Assembly: GCF_963921235.1 (NCBI RefSeq)
Contig: NC_086108.1
Span: 71,612,001-71,676,000 of the forward strand
Source: Mobula hypostoma
Taxonomy: Eukaryota
Length of the DNA: 64,000 nucleotides
Direction of reading: 5' to 3'
Shown here: one piece after another, positions 60,041 through 64,000 of the stretch
Position numbering within the stretch: the stretch's first letter is position 1
How the letters are laid out: the number at the start of each line of letters is the position of its first letter
Notes under the pieces: generated by a model
What the model was told of the DNA's origin: nothing
What the model saw: only the letters and a program-made list of their open reading frames with translations
Databases searched by the model: none
Position numbers and translations under genes: made by a program

Positions 60041-63000
60041 AAGTTCAAAGTAAAATGTATTATTAGAGTACATGCATGTCACCATATACAATCCTGAGCT
60101 TTTTCTGTGGGCATACTTAACAAATCTATAGAGCAGTAACTATAAACCGTAAACAGTAAGAACTGTTAACTGAAAACAAACTATGCAAATACAGATATAA
60201 ATAAGTAGCAGTAAGTAATGAGCATGGAATAGCAATATAACAGAGTCCTTAAATGAGTGTGGTTATCACCTTTTGCTCCAGAGTCTGATGATTGAGGGGT
60301 AGTAACTGTTCTTCAACCTGGTGGTGGGATTCCTGAGACATTTGTACCTTCCACTTGTTGGCAGCAGTGAGAAAAGAGCATGGCCTGGGTGGTGAGGATC
60401 TTTGATGATGGATGCTGCTTTTCTACAGCAACGTTTCATGTAGATGTGCTCAATGGTTGGGAGGGGTTTACCCACGATGTACTGAGCTGAATCCACTACC
60501 TTTTGTAGGATTTTCCTTTTAAAGCCATTGGTGTTCCCATACCAGGCCGTAATGCAGCCAGTCAGCAGACTATCCACAGCACATCTATAGAAGTTTGCCA
60601 AGGTTTTTGATGACATGCCAAACCTCCACAGATCCCTGACGAAGTAGAGGCGCCGTTGTGCTTTCTTGGCAATATTATTTATGTAATAGGTGAGGACAGG
60701 TCCTCTGAGATAGCAACACCTAGGAATTTAATGTTACTGATCCTCTCCACCTCTGTCTTCCAATGATTACTGTCTCATAGATCTTCCCTCTCCTGAAATC
60801 TACAATCAGTTCCTTGGTCTTATTGACATTTAGTGAGAGGTTGTTGTTATTACACCACTCAGACAAGTTTCCAGTCTCCCTCCTGTATGCTGATTCATCA
60901 CTCCCTTTGATAGAGCCCACAGCAGTGGTGTCATCAGCAAATTTGTATATGGTGTTGGAGCTGTACTTAACCACACAGTCATAGGTGTAAAGTGAGTAGA
61001 GCAGGGGACTAAATACACATTCTTACAGTGCTCCTGTGCTGCTAGAGATTGTGGAGGAGATGTGTTTGCCTGTCTGAACTGACTGGAGTCTGCAAGTGAG
61101 GAGATCTAGAATCCAATTGCACAGGGGGGTATTGAGGTCCAGGTCATGAGTTTACTGATTACTTTTGAGGGGATGATGGTGTTAAATGCTGAGCTGTAAT
61201 CGATAAGGAGCATTCTGATGTATTCATCTTTGCTGTTCAGATGTTCCAGAGTTGTGTGAAGAGCCAACGAGATAGCATCTGCTGTAGACCTGTTGCCTTG
61301 AAGGGCCAACTGGAGCAGATCCAAGTTGCCACCCAGACAGAAGCTGATATGCTTCAATACAAGCCTCTCAAAACTCTTAATCACTGTGGATATAAATGTC
61401 ACTGGGCGATAGTCATTTAGGCAGGCTACCATCCTCTTATTAGGCACTGTTACAATTGAAGCCTGCTTGAAGCAGGTTGGTACCACACTGCTGAAGCAAG
61501 AGGTGAAGATATCTGTGAATACACCAGTCGATTGGTTGGCACAGGTCTTCAGTTCTCAGCCAGGTACTCTGTCTGGACTGGATGCTTTGCTTTGGATTTA
61601 CTCTTAAAGGCAACCCACACGTCATCTTCAGATATTGAGACCAAATGACCATTGGTGACCATTGGGGTGTGTGATGGTTCCTCCCTGTTCTGGTGATCAA
61701 ATCAAGCATAGAAGGCATTGAGCTCATCTGGAAGCGAAGCTCTGCTGTTCCCTATGTCACAAGATTTAACTTTGTAGGAGGTTATGGCATTTAAACCCTG
61801 CCACAGCTGTCGAGCATCCCTTGCTGATTCCAGGCTAGTCCAGAATTTCCACTTTGCCCGAGAGATGGCTTTCCGGAGATCATACCTGCACCTCTTGTAG
61901 CATTCTTGATCTCCATACTTGAATGCCTCTGACCTGGCTCTCAGCAAAATCCAGATTTCATTGTTCATCCAGGGCTTCTGATTGGGGAAAACTCTGAATG
62001 ATTTTGTGGGGACAATCTCATACACAGCTGTTTTAATAAAGTCTTTAACAACCCTGGTGTCGTCATTCAGGCCTTCAGAGGTGTTCTTGAACACGGCCCA
62101 GTCCACTGGCTCAAGTCAGTCTTATAACTGTTCCCCTGTCTCCTGTGACCAGCTGTTAGTTGTCTTGATGTCTGGAGCCTTGCTGTTTAAGCTCTGTCTA
62201 TATGCAGGTAGTAGGAGTACAGCCAAATGATCCCTCTTACCAAAATGCAGTCGTGGGAAGGAGCGTTGAAGCATTCCTTATTGTAGTGGAACAGTGGCTT
62301 AGTATGTTAGGACCTCTGGTGCAACAGGGCACCTGCTGTTGATAATTGGGCAGGATTTTCTTCAAACAGGGCTGGTTGAAGTCGCTGACTATAATTCGAA
62401 ATGTGTCGGATGGGCATTTCTGGTTTGCAGACAGCACCGTGCAGTTTTGCGAGTGCTTGCTTATAGTCGGCTGCTGGTGGTATATAAACTGTGGTCAGGA
62501 TCATGGATGCGAACTCCTGAGGCAAGTAGCATAGCTTACATTTAATCATTAGTTGTTCTAAGTCAGGGCGACAAGAAGTGACATAACCCCGACATCCATG
62601 CTCCAACGAGAATTGACTCAAAAGCGCATGCCACCACCTCTTTCCTTGCCAGAGTTTGAGGTTTGATTCATTCTGAAAATTGTAAAACCTTCTGGTCAGA
62701 TAGCTGCATCCGGTGTGTTCACTGTTAGCCGAGTAAAGCAATAAACATTTGAGATCTGTCTTTGATACAGCAGCCTTTCCCTGAGATCGTCAGTCTTACT
62801 TTTTTTTTGGCATATGCCTGCGTGCGTGCGAGTCTGCATCTGCGTGTGTGTGTGCGTCCGTGATGATGTCTTTTTTCATGGCTTTTACAAGGCGCAGAAT
62901 GAGAGAGAGCGCCCCACTCCTCACACAGACATTTTCGCAGTATTTTCCCTTTTTATTTTACGAGCTTGAGTTGTGATCTTGACATTCAACCCGGCACGGA

Positions 63001-63415
63001 TGGAAAGCGTACTCGGGAGCGGACCCGACCGGCTTTGAACCCGGGAACTTCCGCTCCCGGGTCAGGCGCTGATGTCATTGTGCCACCAGCCTTATTTTCA
63101 AGTGACTGTACATTCACCAACAAGATGCTCAGACGGGGAGGCCTCCTTCCCCATGCTTCAGCCAGGTTTGAATCCTGCCTGTCCTGCATTCTTGGCCATG
63201 GCCATAGCATTGACCCTTAAAGGTGCCGTGCTTAACTGCTTGGCATTTAACTCTTGAATGTGAGGGCTGAAGATCATTGATGGAGTTTCGTAGTCTGTTG
63301 CTAAGAGGAAATTTACATGTTAGATTGCAGTGAAAGTAGATCAAAAGCAGTATATTTTAAGAGGAAAATTTCCAGCGGCCCGCAGAGAGTCCGGTGTACA
63401 CTGGCGCCATCTTGG
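60041..63415 (-). mobile_element. Apparently full-length but decayed Rex1/Babar-like LINE
   Basis: 5' end CCAAGATGGCGCC (63415-63403); APE remnants (LLVNVQSLENK, VYIPP, VSDFNQ); RT remnants (LNDYRPV, LIDYSSAFNTI, YKFADDTT); 3' tail at about 60041. Confidence 0.85.
62803..63090 (-). mobile_element. tRNA-derived SINE inserted into the LINE
   Basis: Minus strand begins GCTGGTGGCACAATG (A-box-like) with GGTTCAAAGCC (B-box-like) and ends in oligo-A. Near-TSD CTTACTTT / CTTATTTT. The host frame SLENK|TDDLR rejoins when it is removed. Confidence 0.82.
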
Positions 63416-64000
63416 CTCATCTTAGACTTGATAAGATAAGTTCTGCTGAGGTGTTCTAAATTGATTTGATTACACTTTTGACTGATTTTTAAATCTTCTA
63501 AAACATCTATCTTAATATTTGATTGGCTGAGTGTGTGTGGTCATTTAAGCCATTGATCCAATTCAGTGCTCGAGAATGTTCCCTGTTAATGTGTGTCGAC
63601 TGATTATTTGACTGAAATTTTTTTTACCATTTCAATCTCCTAAAAAGAAGCTCATTTGGGAATAGCGGAGGAATATGCTGCTCATTTTATGTGTGTTTGG
63701 TGAATCATGAGCATGATTTAGAACAACTTGTAACTTCGATGCATCTTTTCCTTTATCTTCCTACACTTTTTCTACCTCTTGTAGATTTTGGAACAATGTC
63801 TCACAAGCTGAACAACATATCATAGAGTTTGTGAACCATGAAACAAATTCCTGCATCCTACTCCCATTATTTGAAATTACAATAGTGTTTTATCATAGCT
63901 TTGCAAAACAAATAGGACTACCTTCCATGGGCATCTTGGTGAGCATGGACAAGTTGGGCTGAAGAACTTTTCTACATTCCTCTGATAAAATGGAAAAATC

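Noticed and set aside
62803..63090. tRNA gene
   Set aside because: A/B boxes are present, but no convincing cloverleaf, and it continues into a SINE body with oligo-A and TSD.
1..64000. CRISPR array or prokaryotic/viral system
   Set aside because: No repeat-spacer arrays or operon-like gene density; spliced exons and vertebrate TEs explain the window.

Overview
Repeat-rich vertebrate genomic DNA. The repeat landscape (CR1, Rex1/Babar, Penelope, L1, Tc1, Academ) suggests a cartilaginous fish, probably a ray or skate; this is an inference. The only host gene I can support is the 5' part of POMGNT1 on the + strand: a CpG-island promoter at about 23.45-23.8 kb and eight coding exons (23633-59975) with GT-AG junctions and consistent phases. 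The gene continues past the window end. Most of the rest is nested transposable elements, many with readable target-site duplications (TSDs). The main points of interest are: (1) a retroposed chimera of probable ITS2 plus the 5' end of 28S rRNA joined to a LINE-type 3' tail, nested in two DNA transposons; (2) Penelope-like elements and 140-190 bp derivatives carrying degenerate minimal hammerhead-ribozyme motifs; (3) an Academ-like DNA transposon carrying a tail-less 1538 bp copy of a neighbouring LINE segment; (4) a Tc1 > full-length L1 > mini-Penelope nest; (5) a chain of ATGA-overlapping uORFs ahead of the POMGNT1 start. Family names come from recognised motifs, not database searches, and the boundaries of old repeats are approximate.
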